Shown here: positions 27,301 to 39,300 of the stretch, piece after piece | Layout of the letters: each line of letters begins with the position of its first letter | Position numbering within the stretch: the stretch's first letter is position 1 | Source of the DNA: Anthoceros angustus | Taxonomy: Eukaryota > Plantae > Anthocerotophyta | Length of the DNA: 64,000 nt | Assembly (NCBI GenBank): GCA_010909165.1 | Contig: VJWM01000107.1 | Span: 1-64,000, forward strand | Direction: 5' to 3' | Translations under genes and position numbers: made by a program | The notes under the pieces: generated by a model | The model's database searches: none | The model's input: the letters and a program-made list of their open reading frames with translations, nothing else | What the model was told of the DNA's origin: nothing

Positions 27301-28185
27301 AATTTGTCCCTTCCGACACTATAACAACAAGGCTCACCTGACCGCGTCAAGGGATAAAAAAGGAACACAGGTGACATTATCACCAACTGCAGCCATTGCC
27401 CATCTTAAGGATGGTCTTTCGGAACTTAGGCCTTATGTGACATCACAGAGTTTTATGGTGGGAAGCTTTACGGTTGGACCAAGAGGAGATTGTTATTGTG
27501 CAAAACAACATTGGCCTTGTGCTACGTAATCCTTGGAAATGGTACTCAAGATCGGAAGTGGATGCAACAACCTCTCCATGTTCCGGATGTGGCAGTGCTG
27601 GAGGAGGCATTGCTAAGGGACCTCCCACAATGAGATATGTATTTGGGAGCATACCAAACACTAGGGAGGCAACAACAGGAAATGGCACGGTGGAATGGTG
27701 ATGTCGCGGAAATAAAGACAGGGATGTTTGTTGTTGTTCCCGCGGACACAGACACGCATAACAGACCCTTTTGGATAGGGAAGATCACTGCTGTTCAATT
27801 GCATCCGCCACAGCCTCACTTCCTTGTTCATTGGTACAGAACTGAACACACAGATGCGTACGAAGGACGGTACGTAGAAGAATATTTAATCAGAGGGGAT
27901 GCCACGGAGCCTACGAGCAATGCAGGGAAAAGGGGAGCGAAGTCCATCCATCAAAAAAATATCCAAAAGGTTTTTGTTCACGAAACTGTCATCCTCTATT
28001 ATGGGTTCACCTTGACTACGCGGAGACACTTGTACGCTGTAGATAAGAAGGCAATCAAAGAGAAGTTAATTGAGTTGAGAGGCTTCATTCAACCAGCGAG
28101 TGAAAGTCCCACCGAGGATAGTGAAGATGATGGTCATGATGCCGGACCCAGCGAAGATGATGGTGTGGCGTCTGGAGAAGAGTAG
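24365..28185 (+). pseudogene. Catalytic core and C-terminus of the element B Sola1-like DDD transposase (core 24365-24870; C-terminus in 27070-28185, duplicated in 24866-25920)
   Basis: LFIDGMDQKKTEIPH (D at 24408), LPRVLYLQLDNTCRENKN (D at 24640) and FLLVGHTHDQIDQMFS (24745-24780). The C-terminal ORF 27637-28185 ends in an acidic tail. Confidence 0.85.
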
Positions 28186-29462
28186 AAAGCCCTCTGAATG
28201 TTATGTCATCTTCTAGGGGCGATTGGGGAGGCTATTCGTGTACCTCAAATCCTGCAGTTTGGAGTGCACATTTCGGAGCGCAGCACATATGTCTCAAAAG
28301 AGTGTAGGCCCATGATAGAATATTGGTTGTTCTGTTTTGCTGTATACCTCTGTAGACGTCACATGCTTTATAACTTTCGATGTGCAAGCCATTTTCCTTT
28401 ACAAGCGGTAGGACATGGAGGAAGTATAGCCGTAGTTAAGGGCTTGGCATTCCGGCATATTGGCAGGCAACACATGTTTAGACCGCCGGGCATGTTTGTG
28501 TGTGCGATATGTCGGAACTACCGGGCGCCAACGCTTCCCGCTTGTAGTCTTTGGGTCTTAACAAGGTGATTATATTTTTGGGCTCAATTTATGGTGTGCG
28601 GAAGCCACCCACTCACCCCACACCTAGAGTCTTTGTGTACACACGTGCAAAGGCCGCTTACTACCGCCTTTCCCAATAGGTCGAGCAATTGAACAGTAGG
28701 GCCGGCCGGCACCCTACTCCTCAGACATCCTTTGTTCCCAAGCAATCAGCGGGTTCGCATCTCATCCAATTCTGATCACCGTCCTTTTTATGAATGTTAA
28801 GGGTTTTTGTGCAAGGAAGACCAGCAGTGGCAGGCAGCAATGGTCCTTCACATGGGTCTTAAATGCACCCAAATTAGGGTTACCTCTTGCACCATAACCC
28901 TTCTCTGGCAAGCAATGGACCTCATGTCAATGGTTCACAAGAATGTTCACCCTTCTTTTCTGCCTTATATTCATTCATACCTCTATAACCACGAGTTGAA
29001 GACCCATGTCAAACCCCCTTCAGGGGATATTTCCCGCGAAACCCCCTTCGTGAATATTCACCCCCTTCACAAGATATCGTGTTCAGTGTTGTAGTCCCAC
29101 TTCCTGCGCAACAATCCATAATCCAATCTCCTTCTTTGGAGAATATTTTGATGAACTTCATCATCAACCCGAGAGATCTTTGGTACGGGCACACCACCAA
29201 CTTGTCTTGAGACATGTACACCTGCTTTTTCACCACAGTGTCATGTGCAATGACGGATCGTCCATTGTTAAAAGTCCCCTGCGTAATATTGGGCGTCATA
29301 GCCGCCCTTGGCTTCGAGCTGCCTTCCTTCACGCACCAGGCCACCGTTATGTACTCCACTATCTCAAATCCACCCCTGTCATTACTCATGTTCGTTTTGT
29401 CCCAAACGAAGGATACCATACCACCCTTGCCACATAATCCCCACATGCACTCTCTCACGAGG
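24866..29462. repeat. ~2.2-2.4 kb tandem duplication (24866-27069 / 27070-29462) crossing the right end of element B
   Basis: Both copies begin GGTAAAGATATTG..AAGTGGC and end CATGCACTCTCTCACGAGGT. The first copy holds an extra B right TIR (~26703-26733) and many deletions. Confidence 0.88.
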
Positions 29463-32400
29463 TGAGCTTCTTCCACTCCGTGCATGACAATGAGCCTGAA
29501 TTCATCCGCCGTTGACTTCTCTTGGAAGCTTTGGAAAACTGTGCTCATCATGCCTGCGTCCACCCGTCTATCCATGGGACCAATGTCCAAGGCTCTTGGA
29601 ACATCCATAACCAGAAGGGTATAAGCCCGTGTCGGAAGGAATCCCCGCATCTCCATAATGCTTCTTTTTCCACACAGTAGTAACATTCTTTCTCGGACCA
29701 CAGAGCGATGGCAGATCGATCCTTCTCTCAAATCCTTGTCAGCGATTGCACACTGCTCATCCTCAAGACTCTTCCAGTTGTTAATCTCAAATATAAAGTT
29801 CTTGAAATCCTTGGGCAACTTCTGCAAATGCTCCACGTCCTTTATTTGCTGAACGCCAGGTCAAGAAAAAACGTTAGAGCAGGGACACCATATGCCTATT
29901 GTCCACAACCAAGAGGCACCCGGGGACAAAGGAGGATGTGAAGGGCGCCGGCCGGCCGGCTCCCTTCACATCCTCCTTCTTCCCCCGGCGCCCTCCACGT
30001 CCTCCTTCTTCTCCTTGGATGCGGAAGAGCCTCATTTACTGGTTCACTGGTGCAGGACTGAGCACACAGATGCATATGAAGGTAGATACGTGGAAGAATA
30101 TGTGATTCGAGTCCCATCGACTGAGACAGCGGGGATTGGAAGGAAAAAGGGTGGGAAGCGAATTTCCCAAAGAATATTCAAGAAGTCTTCATCAATAAAA
30201 CTGTCATCCTGTATTATGAGTTCAGTTTGAATTCCCATAAACATCTATATTCCATTGACAAAAAGGCGATCGAGGATAAGTTGAATGAATTATGGGGCTT
30301 CATCGAGCCGGCCGGCCAAAGAAAGTCTGAAGAGCGGTGGCGATGACGTTGAGGACATCGGGCCCTTGGACGAGGAAGGTGTCAATTCGGGAGATGAGTG
30401 AAAAGGTTTATGAAGTGGAGGCAATCAGCGTTGGACATCGGTAGACAAGGGGGTTTATATACTGACTGTCCACTTGTGGTGACCGCCATGTTTTAGGGTC
30501 AAAGTGGGGAGCTCGCGTTAGTGATAGGGAATAACCTTTGGTACTATCCAACGGTCAGTGGAAGGTGAACAAAGTAGGAGTCACTTCTCCTGGAGGTAGT
30601 ATGCAGTGTCGGCGACATGGACATATGCAAGGGCGCCGGCTATCCCATTTTTAACCAACCTCTAGGAGAGTGGAAACCCTTTTCCGCACCAGTCCTCTGT
30701 ACTGTGCATGTTGTTCGTCAGACAGTATGAAAGCCCACCGTACAAATCCTCCATCGTGGGACCCCGAGAGTTCAGGGCACCGGCCCACCGGCGCCCTCAA
30801 CGGCCCGTGCCTGACAAAAACGACACACTAGGGGTTCTAGTCAGACGTTTGGGAAGTAAGCACCATTCTTTTCCACTAATGTAGAAGATTGCAGGAATGT
30901 CTTCAAAAGACCTTGATTGAGTTGAGAGGCTTCATTCAACCAGCGAAAGGAAAGTCCCACCGAGGATAGTGAAGATGATGGTCATGATGACACCAAATAA
31001 GATGATGTGGCGCCCAGAGAAGAGTAGAAAGCCCTCCGAATATGGTGTCATCTCTGGGGGATCTGGGAGGCTAGTTCTCAACCCAGCTTTGTCTCGCAAG
31101 ACATATGTCTCAAAAGAGCCCATGATAGAATATTGTTGTTCTGCTTCTCAGATAATGTGACGCTACATGCTATAGAATTTTCAAGGCAAGCCATTTTCCT
31201 TACAAGGTAGGACATGGAGGATAATTTTAAAGGGCATTCCGCATATTGTCTGTGCAACACATGTAGACCGCCGCATGTTTGAAAGGATATGATTCATGAA
31301 CTACCGCTCAACGCCTTCGCTTGCCGATTGCTTTTGGGTCTTAACAATGTGATTATATTTTTGGGCTCAATTTATGGTGTGCAAGCCACCCACTCACCCC
31401 AACATAGAGTCTTTGTGTACACACACAAGCAGGGCTTACCCGCCTTTTCCCAATAGTCGAGCAAACAGGAATGGCTGACTCCCTCAAACATCGTTCCTAA
31501 GCAATCAGTCAATCTCATCCAATTTACATCATTCTTTTATGAATGTTAAGGGTTTTCAAGGAAGACAGAAGGCGTGAGAATGGTCCTTCACATGGGTCTT
31601 AAATGCACCCAATAGGGTTACCTGCACCTAACCCTTCTCCTGCAAGCACGGACCTCATGTCAATGGTTCACAAGATGTTCACCCTTCTTTTCCTTATATT
31701 CATTCATACCTCTATAACCACGAGTTGAAGACCCATGTCAAACCCCCTTCGTGGGATATTTCCGTGAAACCCCTTAGTGTATATTAACCCCTTCACAAGA
31801 TATCGTGGTTCGGTTGTAGTCCCATGAACAATCCATAATCCAATCTCCTTCTTTGGAGAATATTTTTGATGAACTTCATCATCAACGAAGATCTTTGACG
31901 CACAAAACTGGTTTTGAGACATGTACATGCTTTCACCATAACAGGTTACGGTGTCAATGTGAGGATCGTATTGTTAAAAGGTTCATATATTAGCAAGTCG
32001 CTTGCTTCGAAGCCGCTTTCCTTCACACGCACTGTGCCACCGTTATGTATCCATCTATCTCAAATCCACCTGCTATTACTCATGTTCGGTCAAACGTATG
32101 ATACCATACCACCCCCACATAATCACATGCACTCTCTCACGAGGTGAGCTTCTTCATGTGCATGACAATGAGCTCATCCATGCTTCTTCTCTGGAAGCGG
32201 ACCTTTTTCATCATGCTCAAGGCCCAATGTCTATCCATGGGACCAATGTCCAAGGCTCTTGGAACATCCATAACCCGAAGGGTATAAGCCGTGTCGGAAG
32301 GAATCGCATCTCCATAATGCTTCTTTTCCACGATAGTAACATTCTTTCTCGGACCACAGAGCGATGGCAGATCGATCCTTCTCTCAAATCCTTGTCGGCG

Positions 32401-33477
32401 TTGCTCATCCTCAAGACTCTTCCAGTTGTTAATCTCAAATATAAAGTTCTTGAAATCCTTGGGCCTTCAAATGCTCCACGTCCTTTATTTCTTGAGCGCC
32501 AGTCAAGAAAAACGTTAGGCGAGGACACCATATGCCTATTGTCCACAACCAAGAGGCACGGGGACAAGGAGGATGTGAAGGCGCCCGCCGGCTCCTTCAC
32601 ATCCTCCTTCTTCCCCGCCCCTCCACGTCCTCCTTCTTCTCCTTGGATGCGGAAGAGCCTCATTTCCGCACGGTGACCCAGCAATCGGCATATGAAGGTA
32701 GATACGTGGAAGAATATGTGATTCGAGTCCCATCGACTGAGACAGCGGGGATTGGAAGGAAAAAGGGTGGGAAGCGAATTTCCCAAAGAATATTCAAGAA
32801 GTCTTCATCAATAAAACTGTCATCCTGTATTATGAGTTCAGTTTGAATTCCCATAAACATCTATATTCCATTGACAAAAAGGCGATCAGGGATAAGTTGA
32901 ATGAATTGCGGGGCTTCATCGAGCCACCACAAAGTGCAAAATCAAATGATGGTTGACGCGGATCATCTGCCCTTACTAGGGCGGCAAGAGATGGTGAAAA
33001 GGTTTATGAAGTGGAGGCAATCAGCGTTGGACATCGGTAGACAAGGGGGTTTATATACTGACTGTCCACTTGTGGTGACCGCCATGTTTTAGGGTCAAAG
33101 TGGGGAGCTCGCGTTAGTGATAGGGAATAACCTTTGGTACTATCCAACGGTCAGTGGAAGGTGAACAAAGTAGGAGTCACTTCTCCTGGAGGTAGTATGC
33201 GATGTCGACATGGACATATGCAAGGCGCGGCTATCCCATTTTAACCAACCTCTAGGAGAGTGGAATTCGCATTCCTACAGACTGCATGTTGTCGCCGACA
33301 AGAGTGAAAGCCCACGTACAAATCCTCCATCGTGGGACCGAGAGTTCAGCATACTAACGCGCACCAATTGCCCAGGCTCGACACGACACTGGGGTTCTAG
33401 CGACGCTTTGGGCGGCACCATTCTTTTCCACTAATGACTGTGAAGATTGCCTGGAATGTCTTCAAAAGACCTTGATT
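28069..33477. repeat. ~2.6-2.8 kb tandem duplication (28069-30918 / 30916-33477)
   Basis: Both copies start ATTGAGTTGAGAGGCTTCATTCAACC and end GTCTTCAAAAGACCTTGATT. An extra B right TIR lies at ~31780-31811. Confidence 0.88.
29088..29836 (-). pseudogene. Beta-class DNA amino-methyltransferase of element A, N-terminal part up to motif I
   Basis: Open ORF with permuted motif order LLVMDVPR (IV) ... FVWDK ... EYITVAW ... CPYQRSLGLMMKFIKIFSKEGDWIMDCCAGSGTT (X, I), matching the N6_N4_Mtase pattern. Confidence 0.85.
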
Positions 33478-33779
33478 ATTTAGACTGTATCTTGACAACC
33501 CCGTTCCCCTTTTGTTGTTCCGGGTACTTATGGTGAGCAAACATGGGTCGTATTATGCCAAATTCTGATGACCGAACTATGGCCCTCACCCTTTGTGTGA
33601 TGCAGCCACTGCTCCGGACAACGATTCCATCCATTATCCACCCTTATTTTGAGGCTTTTTTTGGAGCGATGTTGCCCAAAGCAACTGCATGCGATCCATC
33701 CCAAACCCCCTTCTGACCATATTTCGATGAAAACCCCCTTAGTGTATATTAACCCCCTTCAAGGATTATCATGTTAAGT

Positions 33780-33972
33780 GGAGGAGGCGCTCAAGCTGAA
33801 TGGCAGCAGATTAGTCCCTAGTGATGTGACAATTACGACTTCAGCAAGGATGAAAGAGTAGGTTTTGGGAATAACCAAGGAATCTGTAAAAATCAAATTG
33901 AAGCCAGGTACGCCAGATGCGTGTGTGGTTGAAGTTGATCAGTGTCTTGTCACGAGTGCAAGGACCTAGGAT
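33780..33972 (+). pseudogene. Continuation of the gypsy aspartic protease after element A
   Basis: Removing element A plus one AAGT restores an in-frame GAQVEEALKLNGSRLVPSDVTITTSARMKE*VLGITKESVKIKLKPGTPDACVVEVDQCLVTSART, with internal TAG stops. Confidence 0.8.
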
Positions 33973-33991
33973 GTCAGCAGATGTGACCCAT

Positions 33992-36135
33992 CACTACTAC
34001 AAAAGGGCGTGCCGAAAGACGATATGTAAAACGGGAGTAAGTCGGCCTAAGTTGGTGAGAGACTCTGGCCTGCACTTCCGAGCTCGTGTTTATGCATGTC
34101 TTTTGCGCACCGTTGCGGGGAAGGCTAAAGACGCGAGGAAGCGGTGAAACCCGGGAACAGGTTAAGCAGTGAACCGTTGCCGGTTTCGCGGATGGGTTGG
34201 AGTGCCTTCCCGTTGCAACCGATCCGTCCGCTTTTCCCCGTCTGCGCACCCTAAACCCTCCCCACTTTTTCCCCGTGTACCTTCTACCGCATGATGAGCC
34301 GCCATGCGCCATGCCAGCCGCTACGCGCTGTGACCATGGGCGTATCGCCCGCGCCGGTATGTCCCGGTGTACTGTCTTATTTGCATGCCAATGTCAGGCT
34401 TGGAGCCAGATCCGCTCACACCACCGGTGTGGGTGGATACGGCCGCGGCCGCTAGGCCGTGTCATCCGCCGCGGGCTTTAGGGTTTCGGTGTCCGTGCTA
34501 TGTTCAGCGTCGTGCCGGTCCGCGCAAAAATGAGCAACTGAACCTGAATGCACCGTGTGTACTCAGAACGTGATCGGATACCAGCATTTTACCGTATTCG
34601 GTGCAACAGCAAGTAATCGTGATCCCTACTAAAACTGTTATTAGCATGGCTGGTGGCAAAAGCGGATACATCAATCTGCACCTACTGTTTGAGGTTCATT
34701 TGTCTATTGCTACCACATGCAATTACCCACACAGTGCATATCAAGCGCCTATCCAACTGCGACCAATCTCTAATTGTAACGCGAAGCTGGAATGGGCGGG
34801 GCCGACGTCTTCGCTCGCTTCTCCTTCGCGCGATGGGCAGATGCATGCCCCTTTCGCTTGTTACTTCCCTTGCCTGGTGGGCGCGCCGGAGGCGGCACAA
34901 CCGTCGGTGTCACTGCCGGACTTGAATTTCCAGTCCACCGACGACCCGCACCCGTAGTCTCCATGGGTTTCTGCCAAATTAGATAACCATCAACACCTCC
35001 ACTGCACCTCAACACCCGTAGCAAATTCAACACCTCCACTACAGAGTGCTCAATTCCCATACCTGGGGGTGCGTTTTTGCTTTGCTACGGGTTACTCGCT
35101 CCTCCGGTGCTGGAGTTCCCAGTTGTTCGCATACCGTTGTGGTCGGTAAATCCTGCGTCTCCACCACAAGCTCAACGTCTGCACACACCTCTTCCAGCCC
35201 CGCATCCTCCCGACGCACCACCACTGACAATGCTTCTTCCGTGCTCGATTTCCGTATCACTCCATCTTCTGGCGTCGTGAGTCACATCAGTGCAGTCGGT
35301 GTGGTCTAATGGCAAGATGTTAGCATGAGAGAAACCTGACCTGATCGAGGATGGAGCCCCAAAATTCATCCATGTTTTGTAGACCATGCTTCCTTGCCCA
35401 ACGACTCTCCGCGAAAGAGGGTTCATACCCCCACTGTGCCTTGAACTTCCTGTTGAAAGTCTTGGCACCATCCTGTCCATAGATGTTCGTCCCAGCTGTC
35501 CCATGCTTTGCCTTTCGCGCCTCTACCGCTGTTTGCTGCTGTGGTCGCGGCCATTCCCCTCCTCCACGCTCATACTCCCGTACTGCCCATGCCACCAGGG
35601 GACCCCACTGGGCAGTAGACACTGAGGGATGCCTCAGTTCAGGCTCGCTGTCCCCTCGAGTCCTCATCTGCAATCCAGCAATCTTAAGACGATCCCGTAT
35701 TCGCGCATTTCTGTTCCTATGACAATTACAAAACCTCGAGCGGATAACTTCCCTGTTCGTGATGGCGGAGAACTCTTTTGCGACGATGTCCATTAGCTCA
35801 TCTCATGACTCCATGGAATGCTTCCGTCGGGGTTTGAGGATCGTGCACGAGTAACAACCAGGTCCATCACCCGTTTTTCAAATGAGCTTTTGGTCTGGCC
35901 CAACACCCCTCCGGTGACTTCATCGATATCTTGTTGTCCTCGAGGTCTCCCGCCCAGATCACCACACACCTTCGCCGTCAGAGCCTGGATGAGGCTAGCA
36001 TTGTGCTGCAGAATGAGGCATCGGAGCACATCGGCGGGGTGCCAAGGCCGGATAATCTCCTTCATTGCCAACATCCTGGCAGATGTGTCTGTGTCATCCT
36101 TCCCTCCTCGCGCACGGTAGGCCGCTCCCCAGTCA
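33992..36135 (-). mobile_element. Truncated CACTA (En/Spm) element with Ptta/TnpA-like ORF2 remnant
   Basis: Terminus CACTACTACAAAA at 33992. Minus ORFs 35320-36110 contain HPSVSTAQWGPLVAW...ARKAK...IYGQDG...FKAQWGYEP, resembling Transposase_24. The opposite terminus was not found. Confidence 0.65.
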
Positions 36136-36138
36136 GAG

Positions 36139-36357
<219 letters not shown>

Positions 36358-39300
36358 CTTGAAATCTGACCTCTACCTCGAAGATTGCAATAGATGCTTT
36401 TAACCCATGCCAGTTTGTGCACGGTTACCGGGTTACCAGGCGCTCCGCTGCCTCACTCCAACTTGACCATCGTGGTCCGCAATTTTGTGTGCGTTCACAT
36501 GGGTGCATATGTGGAACATGGTTTTCATGTAACCATGGTTGAGGCCCTTGCAAGGTTCTTGGCCTTTGTGAAAATCCTTTGGGGCTTTTTGACTCGGTTT
36601 TTTAACACAAGCCTAGAAGACAGTGATGGGTGTCCACGGAAATGTTTGCTCAAGGAAGTGTGGACTATAGCATCCTAAACAACAAAAAGAGAAAACCATG
36701 GAAAACCTAGAAACGAGGCTTTGAGAAAATTACATAGATTTTGGCGTAAGAACACGCATTAGAATCGTGAGTGGCGTACATCATTTTCAAGGGAATGACA
36801 CATCGTAATATGACACATCGTAATTATGTTGTTGTCATATAAACATACCCTCCGAAAAAAATATAATGAATATTTGAGGGGAAAAAAAGCAGAAAAGCCC
36901 CTTGTCGTTTCAGGGTTAAAGATCTTACAATGACGGAGATGTATTAGCTAGGGGCTTCAAGTGTATTATTTAAAAATATTATATTATATAGATATATTAA
37001 AAGGATTCCATTTCAAAAGGTTTAGCTTTTAGGGATAATTTATTTGCAGATGTGCTCTTGTCCAGCACTGAAAATTTCATAGCTAGCAAGAGAGCCCCAT
37101 TGGAAGAAAAAGAGTCTCACAACTCGTCTTCATGGTCTTCCAAATTCCACTTTCACTCGCCCATAGCTCTTGTTGTAGTATGCAGCTGAGGCCTTGGTGC
37201 TAAAGCCTTACGGACATGACCATGTATCTCGTATGCCGAGCTTGCTGTCAAAGGTGAGCAATATTCCAAAATATATGCCCCCTGCAGTGGGCTGACAAGT
37301 CCTGTTGAGCCCTTCACATGCTGAGTGGCTGACATATGTCTGGATGCTGCATCTTTTACACGGTGCCAAGTCCACGTATACGTCAGGTAGGAGTCAAGTG
37401 CGTACTACATATTTCCTGCTTTCAAAGAGGGTTTGGATTCATGGATGCCTGCCTTTAGCCTTTGTGGTGTTGAGAAGGGCGATAAGCGCAAGTGTAAACC
37501 AGAAAGACATATCTGCATGTTTCGGGAGGCGGTGAGTGGTAGGGTCGCCGCGTGCTCAGTCAGGCAGGCTCTTTTGTGTAACCAACAGGCAGCAGCCCAG
37601 CAGATACATACGGGAAAGAGCCAAGAAGGTGAGATGCTGCGAGCGTGTCGTTTCCTGGACGACACAGGCTTTGTACAGTTCGAGCAGTGTGCACAGTGCA
37701 CAGCCTTTGATGAGCTTCCCCATGGTTCTTTCACTTTGACCTGCATCAGCCACATACAGTACATAGTCTACATATGTACATACATGTGGACAAGTTTTGT
37801 GTCCTGCATGTACCGAGCCTGCGTGTGCTTGTGAGACTGGAGGCCGGGTCCTGGCCATGGTCGAGTACTGACCGACTTCAGTACTGTACCCGAAAGCAAA
37901 CGAGTTAAATAAGGCATCACATATGCAAGCTCATCTGTGCACAGTGTGCAGGGCGGCGAAGGCTGAGAGAGTGATGGAGCCAGCGCGAAGCACCGAGCAG
38001 GGAGGAGGGTGGCCAGCGAGTCGTCACATGACTGGGTGACGGAAGAAGAATGCCCAGCGGCCCAGCAATAATGTCCCCTGTGACCCGGACCCGGACCCGG
38101 ACCAGGTCCGGGCTCGCCAATGGGCTCCACATGTACTGTACGCCAAGGCCTGCTATCTGACACACTTGCTGACGGAAGGACATGTTGGGTGGGATGAAGA
38201 GCCAGCTCCTGTTCTGGTCACTGTACAGACCACACACGCCTGCGATGATTGGAGGAGCCAAGTGTCGACGTGCCCCTCCCTTCCTCCCAGCCTATGCAGC
38301 TTTCTCCACACACACATGTAGCGTTCTGACCTACAACAAACACACACACAAATTAATGCTCCCCACAATGCCCAAATCAGGTGCCCGCTTGCGCTTTCCT
38401 GGGCCTGGCCCCGGAATCTAGAGCAGCAACAGGACAGCTGGGTTGCAGATGCGAATCCCCAATTCTTGCATACATAGAGGTGAGATTTTGTGGTGGAGCG
38501 CGGGCTTTTGGCAAGGCCCACACTTGCGCTGCTTCCGTCTTCCTTCCTCTAAGCCTAGGCCAGACGTATTCCTGCACCGGAAATATTCCTCACTGTTGCC
38601 CTTCCACTGCAAGGACCCTGGGGCCGGGGCCCGGGCCGGTACTCGGAAAGAGCAGCAGGTTGGAACACTGGCAGCCGGGACTAGCATTAAGGAGGGAGAG
38701 CACAGAATCTGAATCCAGCATTTTATCCAGGTCTATCCATTTGCAGTAGCCGCCTGGCCGGTTCCAAGGGGCCCCATCGTCTTCCCGAGGAGGGCACGAT
38801 GAAGGGCTATGGAACGGCTCCCAGTCTCCCAGCCCGGCTCGTCACGACTCTCCTCTGCACGGGCATATTCGAATTCTTTCCCCAACCGCCGTCCACCATG
38901 AAGCCATGAAGCCAGGCCCAGTCCTTCGTGCCAACCGCCCGCCCAGACTCCAGAGACGTGCACGAATCATGTATCGGAAGAAGAACGGGAAGGACGATCG
39001 GGACTAGAAGCAAAACGGAGAGCCCTAGTTTCTAGCCGCCGTCATTTGTGTGACCTGTCGCGCACTGCCCGAAGCCGCCTGCTGCGCTTTACACTTGTCA
39101 CACCACAGCCTCCCATTATTGGACACCCTCCCACCGTACACTTGGACGTTGTATGTACAACACATGTTGCCCTAAGTAATCGCGTGCTCTGCTCTGCGAT
39201 ACGTCCATTCTTATCTCAGAGCTTTCACTAACCCTAGCTACAAGAAGCGTAACCGTAAGGGTGCCCTCCGTCCTACGAGCGGGATAGGGCAGTTAGGGTT

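Larger units (their letters stand above)
13497..29083. mobile_element. Element B: Sola1-like (DUF7869-type DDD transposase) TIR DNA transposon with ParB-MTase cargo (net ~8.6 kb)
   Basis: 30-bp TIR AACACGATATCTTGTGAAGGGGGTGAATAT (clean left copy at 11001-11030, noisier at 13497; right copy 29054-29083). 4-bp TSD CAAT/CAGT with 1 mismatch. Encodes a transposase on + and ParB-MTase on -. Confidence 0.85.
12790..33775. mobile_element. Element A: internally deleted Sola1-like TIR DNA transposon carrying a DNA amino-methyltransferase (net ~2.8 kb without nested element B and duplications)
   Basis: 31-bp TIR AACATGATAATCCT(G/T)GAAGGGGGTTAATATA at 12790-12820, inverted at 33745-33775. Perfect 4-bp TSD AAGT (12786-12789; 33776-33779). 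Contains MTase halves and the transposase C-terminus (~30020-30400). Confidence 0.85.

Noticed and set aside
11003-29081. Element B as a CACTA/CMC element with CAC...GTG ends
   Set aside because: In-frame restoration of the target gene requires AAC...GTT termini and a 4-bp TSD, and the transposase motifs are Sola1/DUF7869-like rather than Tnp2-like.
37150-39050. Possible gene upstream of the hexokinase
   Set aside because: Only short ORFs with no recognisable motif or consistent exon chain.
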